Position numbers and translations under genes: made by a program. Below, piece by piece: positions 1-10,102 of a stretch of 64,000 nt of DNA. The notes beneath the pieces were generated by a model that saw nothing but the letters and a program-made list of their open reading frames with translations, searched no databases and was not told the DNA's origin. The DNA lies in assembly GCA_903903925.1 (NCBI GenBank), contig CAIVAU010000183.1, positions 69 through 64,068 of the forward strand. Reading direction: 5' to 3'. The first letter of the stretch is position 1; the number at the start of each line of letters is the position of its first letter. Source of the stretch: an uncultured cyanobacterium. Its GTDB lineage: Bacteria; Cyanobacteriota; Cyanobacteriia; Cyanobacteriales; Nostocaceae.

Positions 1-157
1 CGTAGCCGAGGATCGCGCCTAGGGAAAGTGCCTCATTCCCGTCGATAAAATACTGAATAGTTGCCCCTGCTGGGCATCGCGGAACAAGGCCGCTCCCCTG
101 CAGTGCATCATAGATTCCGAGTAAGGCAGATGGAGATGGAAATCGATCAACTGTCAT
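1..157 (-). CDS. hypothetical protein, 5' part only (gene runs off the left edge)
   Basis: ATG at 155-157 (minus) opens a frame with no stop down to position 1: MTVDRFPSPSALLGIYDALQGSGLVPRCPAGATIQYFIDGNEALSLGAILGY. It starts 13 nt after the HNH gene stop on the same strand. No family recognised. Confidence 0.35.
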   Translation of the reverse strand, partial: MTVDRFPSPSALLGIYDALQGSGLVPRCPAGATIQYFIDGNEALSLGAILGY

Positions 158-169
158 CAATCCTTGCCG

Positions 170-547
170 TTAAATAATCCGCTCATTATTGTTTAAATCA
201 AAAATGCGTACTGTAACTTCTCTGATGTCTGTCTGTGGTTGAATCACTGCCTCATCTAATCGAAAATGCTCTCCCCAAAAATCTCTACGTGGGCTAAAGA
301 ACCTAACAAGTTCTCCAGTACGCCAATTAATAGAACCCAGATCGGTTCCTTTCTGGAGATTACAGAAAATACAACAATAAGCAAGGTTATCTACTGTTGT
401 TGCTCCACCGTGTTTAACGCTAATAATATGGTCAATTTGATAAGCTGAAGACCTGTCTGCTTCTGCAACATAGCAGTACTCGCACAACCAATCAGCACGG
501 TTGGCCACGAAGCGTCTTAGTTCTAAATTAATATAGGGACGAGGCAC
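170..547 (-). CDS. short HNH endonuclease (about 125 aa)
   Basis: CEYC...DHIISVKHGGATTVDNLAYCCIFCNLQKG matches the Cys4 zinc plus H-N-H core. The C-terminal FSPRRDFWGEHF motif is shared with the second HNH protein at 39995-40399. Confidence 0.85.
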   Translation of the reverse strand: MPRPYINLELRRFVANRADWLCEYCYVAEADRSSAYQIDHIISVKHGGATTVDNLAYCCIFCNLQKGTDLGSINWRTGELVRFFSPRRDFWGEHFRLDEAVIQPQTDIREVTVRIFDLNNNERII

Positions 548-556
548 TGTGAACGG

Positions 557-811
557 TTACTTAACTTTAATGTGCGTATAAGCACGGGCTTTTGCTAAAG
601 TCATTATATGCTCTAATGTGAGAAAAGTGTCTAATTCCTTTTTTTCCAGGGGTGTCAAATTCCCCATTGTCTGTTGGTACACTAAGTCATCTAAACGTTC
701 TTGTGCTATATTTGATAGTCTAAAATTGATCACACTTTCAGGTGTAGTTCCAGAAGCAATAAACTCAACAATTTCGTCGTAAACTTTAGTTGTTTTTACA
801 GATGTAGTCAT
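557..811 (-). CDS. small helical protein, upstream partner of the HNH nuclease
   Basis: 84-aa ORF ending 9 nt before the HNH start codon on the same strand. The motif GNLTPLEKKELDTFL resembles GELFPQAQKEELEQLV in the partner ORF at 39628-40005. Confidence 0.55.
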   Translation of the reverse strand: MTTSVKTTKVYDEIVEFIASGTTPESVINFRLSNIAQERLDDLVYQQTMGNLTPLEKKELDTFLTLEHIMTLAKARAYTHIKVK

Positions 812-924
812 ATATTTATTCTCCTCCTACCGAGTCACTTTATCTATGGTACTCATTTATATGGGGTCTTGTGAGCAAAATTCCTTGCATAATTGGTGTG
901 AGGAATTAGATATGGTCGTGAAAA

Positions 925-979
925 TTAATTATGCGTTTGTTGAAATCCTTGGTAGGGGTGCAAGGCATTGCGCCCCTAC
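925..979. repeat. dispersed hairpin repeat (AATTAAT..GTTGAAATCCTTGGTAGGGGnGC...GCGCCCCTAC), copy 1
   Basis: Near-identical copy at 31781-31837. The stem is GTAGGGG(T/C)GC / GCGCCCCTAC. It accounts for the spurious ORF 931-1155. Confidence 0.6.
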
Positions 980-1129
980 ATCATTTCCGGAAATGTCTAT
1001 TAATTTCCCGTGCGGGTGAATGGTCGGAACGTGACAGCAACTTTTCCTTCAACCTATCTCTGCGTTCAAATGTCACAGAAGCCGCGCCCACGTGGGAAAA
1101 CATGCGACATAATATAGATCAAGGAGAAG

Positions 1130-1417
1130 ATGATGGAACCCCACAGCAGCCCTGATATTCCTACTTGCGCCGTCAATTTGCGTATCCGTGAGGATGTAAA
1201 GACGCTTATTGACCGGGCTGCGAAAGCACAAAGCAAATCACGTTCCGACTTCATGATTGATGCTGCCCGTCGTGCGGCGGAGGATACGCTGCTTGATCAG
1301 ACTTTCCTGCGCGTGGATGAACAAACCTACCAGCATTTTCTTAATGTTCTGGATGTACCACCCCATAATGAGGGGTTCAAACGCTTGATGAATGCTAGAA
1401 AGCCGTGGACTGAATGA
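1130..1417 (+). CDS. DUF1778 (TacA-like, ribbon-helix-helix) type II antitoxin
   Basis: NLRIREDVKTLIDRAAKAQSKSRSDFMIDAARRAAEDTLLDQTFLRVDEQTYQHFLNVLD is the typical DUF1778 layout. An ATGA stop/start overlap joins it to the downstream GNAT remnant. Confidence 0.8.
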   Translation: MMEPHSSPDIPTCAVNLRIREDVKTLIDRAAKAQSKSRSDFMIDAARRAAEDTLLDQTFLRVDEQTYQHFLNVLDVPPHNEGFKRLMNARKPWTE

Positions 1418-1642
1418 GCCTTCAAGCCCCTGTCCCTCTTGCTGATACCCACCTGCTGGATGACTTTGATTGCGGAGTTGTCAGCCTGAATGACTGGTTA
1501 AAACGCCGTGCAATTGCCAATCAAAAGAACAACGCATCACGTATCGGAACAAGCCAAGCAATTCTATGAGCATTACGGGTTTTCTCCTTCACCCACACAG
1601 CCTATGACGCTTATTCTGTCCATGAAGAAATTTGTAGTATAG
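1414..1642 (+). pseudogene. GNAT (TacT-like) acetyltransferase toxin with an internal deletion and frameshift
   Basis: The N-terminal 44 aa (MSLQAPVPLADTHLLDDFDCGVVSLNDWLKRRAIANQKNNASR) stop at 1567-1569. The next frame reads the usual toxin C-terminus (AKQFYEHYGFSPSPTQPMTLILSMKKFVV*). The acetyl-CoA-binding core between them is missing. Confidence 0.7.
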
Positions 1643-1935
1643 TCTCCCAAACACTCGTTTATTGTTCAGCGAGGGCTTTGTCAATAGGAATCGTAGCTAG
1701 TGATCCCCAGTCTATGGGAAAAGTCAAACCCATTTGGATGTATTTTATCCAGAGTGAAATCAAAAAATCTATATCATTATTTATTTTATTTGGCAATAAA
1801 TGTTGCATTTTCGTAACAATAGTGTTAACTTTGATTTATAAAACATCACAAAACGAAATATTTAACTCAGAAAACATCGCTATTGCAACATCGAACTGAC
1901 AATTTTCACACTATATTTAAGTAACGGAAGGCGTG

Positions 1936-2130
1936 ATGCAGGATATCGAACTAACCTTAGAGCAAGAATTTAGCCTCAGAAGCTTTACCGATCAAGTGCA
2001 GCAAATGTCCCGCGAGCAAGCTCAAGAGTTCTTGATCTTGCAGTATAAGCAGATGATGATTCGGGAAATGATGTACAAGGAGATTCTCAAACAAGAGTGG
2101 AAATTAGATTTGGATTTCACCTCTAAGTAA
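1936..2130 (+). CDS. nblA: phycobilisome degradation protein NblA
   Basis: 64 aa: MQDIELTLEQEFSLRSFTDQVQQMSREQAQEFLILQYKQMMIREMMYKEILKQEW. This matches the canonical NblA length and the LEQxFxxRSF...W pattern. Confidence 0.85.
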   Translation: MQDIELTLEQEFSLRSFTDQVQQMSREQAQEFLILQYKQMMIREMMYKEILKQEWKLDLDFTSK

Positions 2131-2246
2131 AACCACAAAGAACGGGGTGTGGGGGAAGATAAAACTACTGCATCCCAAATGGGGAAGGCGTCCCTAAATC
2201 TTTCCCCACCGATACATAAAGCTCTTTATAATGATGAGTAATAGCA

Positions 2247-4109
2247 ATGGCAATTAAAGAACAACCAACTCCCAATCGTCGCCGCCTGATCAATAATATT
2301 TTTCTGGGGCTGACAGCTTTATTCCTGATCATAAATTTTATCTTCCCTTTGGTCTTAGGCCCTCAGATTCCTGGTGTTCCCTATAGCCTGTTCATCCATC
2401 AGGTTGAGGCAGGGGAGGTTGAGCGGGTGCAAGTTGGTCAAAACCAGATTGAATTTCAATTGAAACCGGTTAAAGACCAAGCTGGACAAGTATTTTTGAC
2501 AACACCCATCTTTGATTTGGGATTGCCCAAGTTGCTGGAAGAGAAGGGTGTTGAATTTGCCGCTGCTCCCCCGCCTAAGAATGCCTGGTTTACCAGTCTT
2601 CTAGGTTGGGTGATTCCACCTCTGATTTTTGTCGCAATCTGGCAGTTTTTTATCAGAGGGGGTGGTGGTGGCCCCCAAGGCGTTCTCTCGATAGGTAAGA
2701 GCAAAGCCAAAGTTTATGTGGAGGGAGAATCTGCCAAAACGACCTTTGCAGATGTGGCTGGGGTAGAGGAAGCCAAGGCTGAATTGGTTGAGATTGTTGA
2801 TTTTCTTAAGAGTCCAGGGCGCTACGCCCAGATTGGCGCACGGATTCCCAAGGGAGTGCTGCTGGTGGGTCCGCCAGGGACTGGTAAAACCTTGCTGGCT
2901 AAAGCGGTGGCAGGGGAAGCAGGTGTGCCGTTCTTCAGTATATCTGGCTCTGAGTTTGTGGAACTTTTTGTTGGTGTCGGTTCTTCACGAGTCCGCGATC
3001 TCTTTGAGCAGGCGAAGAAACAGGCTCCCTGTATTGTGTTCATTGATGAACTGGATGCGATCGGCAAGTCTCGCAGCAGTGGTGGGTTCTATGGCGGTAA
3101 TGATGAGCGAGAACAGACGCTTAACCAACTGCTAGCGGAAATGGATGGGTTTGCAGTTGGCGATGCAACTGTGATTGTGTTAGCAGCAACCAATCGTCCT
3201 GAAGTATTAGATCCTGCGCTGTTGCGTCCTGGTCGATTTGACCGTCAAGTTTTGGTCGATCGCCCCGAACTGTCGGGGCGAGAAGCAATTCTCAAAATCC
3301 ATGCTCGGAAAATCAAGCTGGGTGAGGACGTCAATCTCAAGGCGATCGCCACTCGCACCCCCGGTTTTGCTGGGGCGGACTTGGCAAATCTAGTGAATGA
3401 AGCAGCGCTGTTAGCAGCCCGCAATCAACGTCAAACGGTGGCACAGGAAGACTTTAATGAAGCGATCGAGCGGGTGGTAGCAGGTCTAGAAAAGAAAAGC
3501 CGCGTTCTCAACGACAAGGAAAAGAAAATTGTAGCTTACCACGAAGTTGGTCATGCCTTGGTTGGTTCACTAATGCCAGGAAGCGGTCGGATCGAAAAAA
3601 TCTCCATCGTCTCCCGTGGTATGGCAGCACTAGGTTACACCCTGCAACTGCCAATAGAAGATCGATTCCTCATGGAGGAAGCAGAACTTCGAGGTCAGAT
3701 TGCGACCTTGCTTGGTGGGCGATCGGCAGAAGAGATTGTGTTTAACAGTATTACGACTGGTGCATCCAACGATTTGCAGCGGGCAACAGATCTGGCAGAA
3801 CGGATGGTGACGACCTACGGAATGAGCAAAATTTTAGGTCCCCAGGCATACCAACAGGGACAACAACCAATGTTCCTGGGGGATGGAATGCCCAGTCCCC
3901 GCCGGGTCATGAGTGAGGAAACAGCACGGGCAATTGATCGTGAAGTCAAGGACATTGTGGAAACTGCTCATCAGCAAGCCCTGGATACACTCAAGCATAA
4001 CCGAGACTTACTAGAGGTGATCGCGACTCAACTTTTAGAAACAGAAGCGATCGAAGGTGAGAAACTGCAAAGTCTATTAAGTCAGGTTCAAGCGCCGAAT
4101 CTTTCCTAG
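2247..4109 (+). CDS. ftsH: ATP-dependent zinc metalloprotease FtsH
   Basis: Two N-terminal TM segments, Walker A GPPGTGKT, Walker B IVFIDELD, second region of homology, and zinc site HEVGHAL. Confidence 0.96.
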   Translation: MAIKEQPTPNRRRLINNIFLGLTALFLIINFIFPLVLGPQIPGVPYSLFIHQVEAGEVERVQVGQNQIEFQLKPVKDQAGQVFLTTPIFDLGLPKLLEEKGVEFAAAPPPKNAWFTSLLGWVIPPLIFVAIWQFFIRGGGGGPQGVLSIGKSKAKVYVEGESAKTTFADVAGVEEAKAELVEIVDFLKSPGRYAQIGARIPKGVLLVGPPGTGKTLLAKAVAGEAGVPFFSISGSEFVELFVGVGSSRVRDLFEQAKKQAPCIVFIDELDAIGKSRSSGGFYGGNDEREQTLNQLLAEMDGFAVGDATVIVLAATNRPEVLDPALLRPGRFDRQVLVDRPELSGREAILKIHARKIKLGEDVNLKAIATRTPGFAGADLANLVNEAALLAARNQRQTVAQEDFNEAIERVVAGLEKKSRVLNDKEKKIVAYHEVGHALVGSLMPGSGRIEKISIVSRGMAALGYTLQLPIEDRFLMEEAELRGQIATLLGGRSAEEIVFNSITTGASNDLQRATDLAERMVTTYGMSKILGPQAYQQGQQPMFLGDGMPSPRRVMSEETARAIDREVKDIVETAHQQALDTLKHNRDLLEVIATQLLETEAIEGEKLQSLLSQVQAPNLS

Positions 4110-4174
4110 GAATCTATACTATCCCACAGGCGGCACACTACCCGTTATAAATGCAAGAACCTCAACCCCTGTAA

Positions 4175-4193
4175 GGGCGGGGTCTCCCCGCCC
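4175..4193. terminator. GC hairpin between the convergent ftsH and alaS genes
   Basis: GGGCGGGGTCTCCCCGCCC forms a 7-8 bp G/C stem. It lies between the ftsH stop (4109) and the alaS stop (4219). Confidence 0.5.
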
Positions 4194-4218
4194 CCACGCA
4201 CTTCCAATCGCCCAATGA

Positions 4219-6870
4219 CTAATCCCCTGATGCAAGAGATGCCCGCAACTCAGCACGACCATGTTCCAAAGCTTCAGGCAGTTTACTTGCATCACGTCCA
4301 CCTGCTTGGGCAAGGTTTGGTCTTCCACCACCACCACCACCGCAAATTTTTGCCATTATACCAATGAATTTACCAGCTTGCAAGCCTTTCTTATTCACTT
4401 CTGAACTAAAAGCAGCGACTAAACTTACTTTCCCCTCTTCAGGAACAGAACCTAGTACTACTGCACCACCAGTTCCAAGTTTTTGCAGCAGTCGTTCTGC
4501 AGCGGTTTTCAAGGATTCCGGGTCAACATCTTCTATCTGGGCAACGAGAATTTTATAATCGCCGATAGATTCAACTGTTGGCAGCAAGCTATCTGATTTA
4601 GCCATGGCTAACTGTGCCTTAAAGGTTTCAAGTTCCTTCTCGGTATTTTTGAGTTCGGTTTGCAAACTGGTAATGCGATCAGGTAGTTCTTCGGGTTTAA
4701 CTTTAAAGCGATCGCTTAATTCCTTCACAACCTTATCTCGGACATTCAGGTAATCTAATACAGCTAAACCAGAGACAGCTTCAATCCGCCGGACTCCTGA
4801 TGCAATACCAGTTTCCGAGACAATTTTAAACACTCCTATCTCTGCAGTATTACTTACGTGAGTTCCACCACAAAGTTCCATTGATACGCCTTGAAAGTCG
4901 ATGACACGCACTTCTTCACCGTACTTTTCACCAAACATGGCAACAGCACCCCTAGCTTTTGCCTCTGCTATGGGCATAACCTCCACTTTGGCAGAATGTG
5001 TCTCAGCAATCCAAGTGTTAACCTGTTCTTCAACTTGTTGTAATTCTTCGGATGTCACAGCACGTGGACAGTTGAAGTCAAACCGTAACCTGTCATAGGC
5101 GACAAGGGAACCGGCTTGTGATATTGAATCATCGACAATTTTTTTCAACGCCGCTTGCAGCAGGTGAGTTGCGGTATGATTTGCCTGGAGACGACGACGA
5201 CAAGCTTGATCAATTTGCGCCGTTACAGTATCACCCACTCGGATTGTACCGCGTTCAATGCGTCCAAAGTGGATAAAGAAATCGGATTCTTTCTTCACAT
5301 CGTGAACTGTGACGACAACGCCATCACCAGATAGATAACCGCGATCGCCTATTTGTCCACCCGACTCAGCATAGAATGGCGTTTTGTCAAGGATAATTTG
5401 CACCTCTGTGCCGACTTCTGCGTCCTCCTGTAAAACCCCATCTACAAGTAGCACTTCGATTTTGGCAGTAACCACAGGTTGGGTATATCCCAAGAAATCA
5501 GTGACTTGAATATGTTCAGCCAGCTTGTCAAGAGTCCCTTGCACTGTTAAATCGATCGTTTCGTGTGCATCCTTCGCACGTTCTACTTGATGACGCATCT
5601 CCACATTGAATCCCGCCTCATCAACTGTGAGGTTTTTCTCAGCTGCAATTTCTTGTGTCAGTTCTAAAGGGAAGCCGTAGGTGTCGTAGAGGGTAAAGGC
5701 ACTTTCACCGCTGATCTGAGTTTTTCCTTGCTGCTGCAACTGATGAATGATTTCCTCAAGTAGTTTCTCACCGCGTTCCAGGGTTTTCAGGAAGCGAGTT
5801 TCTTCCTGTTGCAGTTCAGCTTTAATCGCGTTTTCCCGTAGGCGCACATTCGGGTAAGCTGCTTCGGCGAGGGCGATCGCACTTTCAGCAACTTGGAGTG
5901 TAAATTCTCCAGATATCCCAATTAATCGCCCATGACGCACGACCCGCCGAATCAGTCGCCGCAGGACATAACCTCGTCCCACATTCGAGGCGCGGATTTC
6001 ATCAGCGATCATATGAACAACAGCACGAATGTGATCGCCAATGACTTTTAGGGAAACTTTAGTTTGATCATCACTTGTGGTGTAGTCAAGACCAGCAATT
6101 TCTGCTGCTTTTCTAATAATGGGGAAAATTAAATCAGTTTCGTAGTTGTTAGGAACCCTCTGGAGGATTTGCGCCATTCTCTCCAAACCCATCCCCGTGT
6201 CGATGTTCTTGTTTTCCAACGGTGTCAAGTTACCGTCTGCATCCCGGTTGTATTGCATAAAGACGAGGTTGTAGAACTCAATAAACCGGGTGTCGTCTTC
6301 TAAATCTATGTTATCGTCGCCACGTTCGGGGTGAAAATCGTAAAATATTTCTGAACACGGACCACAAGGACCAGTAGCACCAGCCGCCCAAAAGTTATCT
6401 TCTACGAGACGCTTGATTCGCGCTTCAGAAACACCAATTTGATCGCGCCAGATCCCATAAGCTTCATCATCTTCGTGGAAAACACTGACAACGAGGCGTT
6501 CTTTTGGTAAACCAAAGACAGTGGTGGACAATTCCCAACCCCAGGCGATCGCTTGTTCTTTGAAATAATCACCAAAGCTGAAGTTACCCAGCATTTCAAA
6601 AAACGTGTGATGCCGTTTGGTGCGTCCAACATTTTCAATATCGTTGGTGCGGATGCATTTTTGGGAAGTCGTAGCACGCTTAAATTCCGGTATACGCTGA
6701 CCGAGGAAGATCGGTTTGAATGGCAGCATCCCCGCGATCGTCAGCAGTACGGTCGGGTCTTCTGGTACGAGGGAAGCACTAAGGAGAATTTGGTGTCCCC
6801 GTTGGGCGTAGAATTCAAGGAATAAGGCGCGAATTTCGTGACCGCTGAGGTACTGGGGATAAACAGACAT
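4219..6870 (-). CDS. alaS: alanine--tRNA ligase
   Basis: 883 aa with [18 protein letters not shown], an editing-domain HxxxH/CGGTH motif (MELCGGTHV) and a C-terminal DHHA1-like GGGGGGRP. Confidence 0.97.
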   Translation of the reverse strand: MSVYPQYLSGHEIRALFLEFYAQRGHQILLSASLVPEDPTVLLTIAGMLPFKPIFLGQRIPEFKRATTSQKCIRTNDIENVGRTKRHHTFFEMLGNFSFGDYFKEQAIAWGWELSTTVFGLPKERLVVSVFHEDDEAYGIWRDQIGVSEARIKRLVEDNFWAAGATGPCGPCSEIFYDFHPERGDDNIDLEDDTRFIEFYNLVFMQYNRDADGNLTPLENKNIDTGMGLERMAQILQRVPNNYETDLIFPIIRKAAEIAGLDYTTSDDQTKVSLKVIGDHIRAVVHMIADEIRASNVGRGYVLRRLIRRVVRHGRLIGISGEFTLQVAESAIALAEAAYPNVRLRENAIKAELQQEETRFLKTLERGEKLLEEIIHQLQQQGKTQISGESAFTLYDTYGFPLELTQEIAAEKNLTVDEAGFNVEMRHQVERAKDAHETIDLTVQGTLDKLAEHIQVTDFLGYTQPVVTAKIEVLLVDGVLQEDAEVGTEVQIILDKTPFYAESGGQIGDRGYLSGDGVVVTVHDVKKESDFFIHFGRIERGTIRVGDTVTAQIDQACRRRLQANHTATHLLQAALKKIVDDSISQAGSLVAYDRLRFDFNCPRAVTSEELQQVEEQVNTWIAETHSAKVEVMPIAEAKARGAVAMFGEKYGEEVRVIDFQGVSMELCGGTHVSNTAEIGVFKIVSETGIASGVRRIEAVSGLAVLDYLNVRDKVVKELSDRFKVKPEELPDRITSLQTELKNTEKELETFKAQLAMAKSDSLLPTVESIGDYKILVAQIEDVDPESLKTAAERLLQKLGTGGAVVLGSVPEEGKVSLVAAFSSEVNKKGLQAGKFIGIMAKICGGGGGGRPNLAQAGGRDASKLPEALEHGRAELRASLASGD

Positions 6871-7136
6871 GAGTGTTTACGAAAATAGTATCATTAAGGA
6901 CAAATGACGGCGATAGGGCGTCTCTGATCGTATTAAGTGCAAGAAGCAGACTTGAAGAATTTGCCCTCACCAGACAAAGTATGCTGCACAAAAGAACAAT
7001 TCTGCTGTAAGTCAAATATACTCCATCGCTATCGGTGCAGGATCGCCTAACCTTTATAAGATGAGCAAGAGTGCCACTGATGATTACAATTAAAGCTGCA
7101 AAAACATCATTCTACATCCACTGACTGAGGTAATTT

Positions 7137-7340
7137 ATGGCATTAACATTGAAAGTCCCCGACATATCCTGTGAGCATTGTGCAGCAACAATTTCAAATT
7201 CTATCCATGTCCTACAACCTAATGCCAAGGTTGATGTGGATGTCAAAGCTAAAACCGTCACCGTGGAATCCGACGCTTCTGAAGAGTCCATCAAGCAGTC
7301 AATTGTTTCTGCTGGTTACCACATTGAAGGTTATCAGTAA
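7137..7340 (+). CDS. heavy-metal-associated (HMA) domain metallochaperone
   Basis: 67 aa with a ferredoxin-like HMA pattern and a CxxC site (DISCEHCAATI). Confidence 0.75.
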   Translation: MALTLKVPDISCEHCAATISNSIHVLQPNAKVDVDVKAKTVTVESDASEESIKQSIVSAGYHIEGYQ

Positions 7341-7381
7341 CTCTCCCTGGTTGAACAGGAGGTAGGGTGCCGGGTGTAGGT

Positions 7382-7468
7382 TAATTTGGGTTGGGATTAG
7401 AACCGAATAGCACGCTTGTTAAGGGTGGGTTACAAGCGTGCCATTTCGGTTGGAACCCCAATCCAAAT
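7382..7468. repeat. long imperfect inverted repeat (about 37-bp arms) downstream of the HMA gene; possible terminator or MITE remnant
   Basis: AATTTGGGTTGGGATTAGAACCGAATAGCACGCTTGT ... ACAAGCGTGCCATTTCGGTTGGAACCCCAATCCAAATT. Confidence 0.5.
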
Positions 7469-8133
7469 TACTGAGAAAATGATTCATTGTTGTTACACTA
7501 CTAGTATAATTAGTGTTTATTTATACATAAAATTCTAGTGTAGAACTCCTGGAAATTACAGTCACATTTTTTCATTTTAAAAAATCATTTCAGTGTTTTT
7601 ACTGTTTGAAATTAACAATTTGAGCGCAAATATAAAGGTATCGTAAAATTAAGTTATCAGGATTGTCCCGGACGCAAAATTCTCGCTGTGTGTTGGCGAT
7701 TGCAGGACTATGGGAGGATTTCCCGACCCAAGTGACTGGTGGTTCCAGTGTTGTGTAGCGTCTTTGAAGATTGAGAAAGCGGGGTTTCCCGTACCCTGCA
7801 AACGAGTGTCACCCACATGCCGTTGGCAATGACTTCTGGAAGGAACTGGTGTTGCATCTCCACAGGTGACAGTATTAGGAAGTTAAAAAAGGTGAAAGTT
7901 TTTTGTAAATTTTAGCAGCCAGATCATAACGAAGAATACATTCGTCAGAATTCAGGAACCAGTATCAATCAGTTGGGGAGTCAAACCCACTACTGACTGA
8001 AGCGCAATAAATTAAAAATTGAGTGGGCATCTTGAATCCTTTTATTCATCCGCCCTTATCCTGTGGTTGCTGCTGCCCATAGCTTGCTTCCCGGAAGGGT
8101 TGTGGCTTAGTGCAGTTGTACAGAATTCCCCAG

Positions 8134-8277
8134 CTGACTCCTGACTTCTGAACGGCAGTCGCTCATGGGGGAGAACCCCCAAGACCCTCACGGGTGACGC
8201 TGCGCTAACGTCAGTTGCTCTACTTGGGGAGACCCAAGACCGCACTGACTCACCGCGCTGCCTCCTGCTGACTCTTG
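8134..8277. repeat. dispersed repeat (CTGACTCCTGA-ACGGCAGTCGCTCATGGGGGA..GAACCCCCAAGACC..GCGCTGCCTCCT..CTGACTCTTG), copy A with an internal insertion
   Basis: A second copy lies at 42224-42317. The shared ends are identical and the internal inserts differ. Confidence 0.65.
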
Positions 8278-8316
8278 TATCAAGATAAAAGTTCAAATAG
8301 GGCAAAAAGCAAAGCC

Positions 8317-9390
8317 ATGAATATTTCCATTCTGAGCTTTGGAAGTGATGAATTTCTAGCAACACTTCCAGATCAGATCCATAATGCAACCGCTTTTAGT
8401 GTGGAAGTCATCGCTAATTTCAATCAGGCGGTTTCCCGCATTCAAATGACCCCGCCTGATATTATACTTGTGCAGGCTAGTTGGGAAAGCAGTATGAAAC
8501 TTTGCTGTTGGCTAAAAGAACAGATAAAGTTGTCTTGGATATATTGTATCGTCTTAGAGGATCGTCCCCAACTGCTTGCCAGTAAAAGTAAGAATGGTGT
8601 CGATTGGGAGATGGAGGTGACTTCAGCAGTACTACAGCAAGGTGCTGATGCCTACATTTGGTGTTTAGAGACATCGGATGCAACGTCAAGACAAGGATGG
8701 CATCGCTTACTCCTATCGCAATTGATGGTAGGCTGGCGTAAAGTGGAAAAATATCGCGATCTGATCCGCACTAATGATTTATTATCAGAGATTGCCTTGG
8801 CAGATTCATTGACAAAATTAAATAATCGTCGTGCTTTTGAACGGGACTTACCCAGGCAAATTGAAAAAGCTCGTACTAACGGAACTACCCTAAGTTTAAT
8901 CATTTTAGATATAGACTATTTCAAAAAAGTTAACGATACCTATGGGCATTTAGTTGGCGATCGCCTCTTACAGTTAGTATGTGTTCGTATCCAGCATAAT
9001 CTGCGATTTGAACACACTCCATTCCGTTATGGTGGTGAGGAATTTGTCATTCTTTTAAGCAATACCACTGACGATGAAGCACTCACCGTGGCGTGTCATC
9101 TGAATCGCGTAGTCAGCGAGCAGCCATTCGTCATCAACAACAAACTATCTATTAAAATTACAATTAGTCTGGGAACAGCCTGTCTGCAACCAGATGATGA
9201 CGATCAAGGAGTCAGCCTCCTCAACCGCGCTGATCAACACCTGTTGCACGCTAAAGCTAGTGGGCGTAATCGTGTTATTGGTGGTCACGATCACTCATCC
9301 CATCTTAAAGCCAAGATTGAGGAGTTAGACGTTGTAAAGAAGCTACGGCAGTCGCTACAACTTTGGGAACCAAAGCAATGCACTATCTGA
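8317..9390 (+). CDS. diguanylate cyclase (GGDEF) with a degenerate N-terminal receiver-like domain
   Basis: RYGGEEF active site and DIDYFKKVNDTYGH. ATG at 8317 is preferred because the ORF-track start at 8275 lies inside the repeat. Confidence 0.88.
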   Translation: MNISILSFGSDEFLATLPDQIHNATAFSVEVIANFNQAVSRIQMTPPDIILVQASWESSMKLCCWLKEQIKLSWIYCIVLEDRPQLLASKSKNGVDWEMEVTSAVLQQGADAYIWCLETSDATSRQGWHRLLLSQLMVGWRKVEKYRDLIRTNDLLSEIALADSLTKLNNRRAFERDLPRQIEKARTNGTTLSLIILDIDYFKKVNDTYGHLVGDRLLQLVCVRIQHNLRFEHTPFRYGGEEFVILLSNTTDDEALTVACHLNRVVSEQPFVINNKLSIKITISLGTACLQPDDDDQGVSLLNRADQHLLHAKASGRNRVIGGHDHSSHLKAKIEELDVVKKLRQSLQLWEPKQCTI

Positions 9391-9421
9391 TGAAATGGTT
9401 ATTAACTTCCAATTTTTATTC

Positions 9422-10102
9422 CTAACTCTTCACCGTTGAAATCACACTCTGACACTCAGCAACCGACGCACGTTGTCGCATGGCATTCACTAAGGCTTGA
9501 TATGCAGTCCAATTTTCTTGGAGTAAAGTTTTTGCTTGGAGGGCACAAAAGCGCTGTTTCTGCTCATAGGCTGATCCAGAAAAACCCAAACTTGTCAAGA
9601 CTCCTGCCAACTTGCTTTGATCGTCCGATCCACCTTCCGCATGATTGAAAACCAGGATTTCAGCAACAATACCCGCCATCCAAATAGTGCAGTAACGATC
9701 CAGCATTTGAGCGCCGATAGTACCCCGTTCCAGTTGGGATGCTAATACACTATCGTCAAAGCTAACCCCACCTTGCCCTGGTTGCTTTTTTTTCATTGCT
9801 TCCCAGGCATTGAGGGTATAATCACATACAGGAACATTGAACAGGTAAGCGACCAGAAAGTGTCCTGCTTCATGGTGAAGCACCCGTTCTCGATGTTCGT
9901 TGGAAAAACCAGCTATCCAATCTAAAAGTAGATTACCGCCCTTGCCTTGAAAACTGAAAGCATCGAGAGTCGCTATTCCCAAAACCGCCAATGTAGCGAT
10001 CGCAGGAACTGTAGGCGATACGTTAAATAATTGTCCTAACAGAGTTGATAGCGTCATTAGAAAGATTGCGATCGCAGTTAAGTTTATAGCAGTCTGGCTC
10101 AT
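9422..10102 (-). CDS. membrane protein with an HExxH metallopeptidase-like motif
   Basis: Two N-terminal TM helices followed by HHEAGHFLVAY. The family was not identified beyond this motif. Confidence 0.55.
   Translation of the reverse strand: MSQTAINLTAIAIFLMTLSTLLGQLFNVSPTVPAIATLAVLGIATLDAFSFQGKGGNLLLDWIAGFSNEHRERVLHHEAGHFLVAYLFNVPVCDYTLNAWEAMKKKQPGQGGVSFDDSVLASQLERGTIGAQMLDRYCTIWMAGIVAEILVFNHAEGGSDDQSKLAGVLTSLGFSGSAYEQKQRFCALQAKTLLQENWTAYQALVNAMRQRASVAECQSVISTVKS

Noticed and set aside
931-1155. 74-aa plus-strand ORF from the track.
   Set aside because: Its N-terminus is the translated hairpin repeat (LKSLVGVQGIAPL), also present at 31781-31837. It overlaps the antitoxin start.
1933-4109. 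nblA lying 116 nt upstream of ftsH as a possible functional proteolysis module.
   Set aside because: Both are ordinary, well-known genes and adjacency alone is weak evidence. NblA is linked to Clp-dependent, not FtsH-dependent, degradation in the established literature.
7660-7700. GGACGCAAAA upstream of a GGDEF gene looked like part of a c-di-GMP (GEMM-I) riboswitch.
   Set aside because: Only a short fragment resembles the consensus. I could not find the paired helices or the GGCAAA-type tetraloop-receptor features. It remains unsupported without a covariance-model scan.
7653-7832. Cys-rich small ORF (..MGGFPDPSDWWFQCCVASLKIEKAGFPVPCKRVSPTCRWQ*).
   Set aside because: There is no convincing start or RBS, it is under 60 aa, and it has no recognisable family. 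It may simply be a by-product of the GC-rich noncoding segment.
8042-8389. 115-aa minus-strand ORF from the track.
   Set aside because: It is built almost entirely from the dispersed repeat at 8134-8277 and overlaps the GGDEF gene start.
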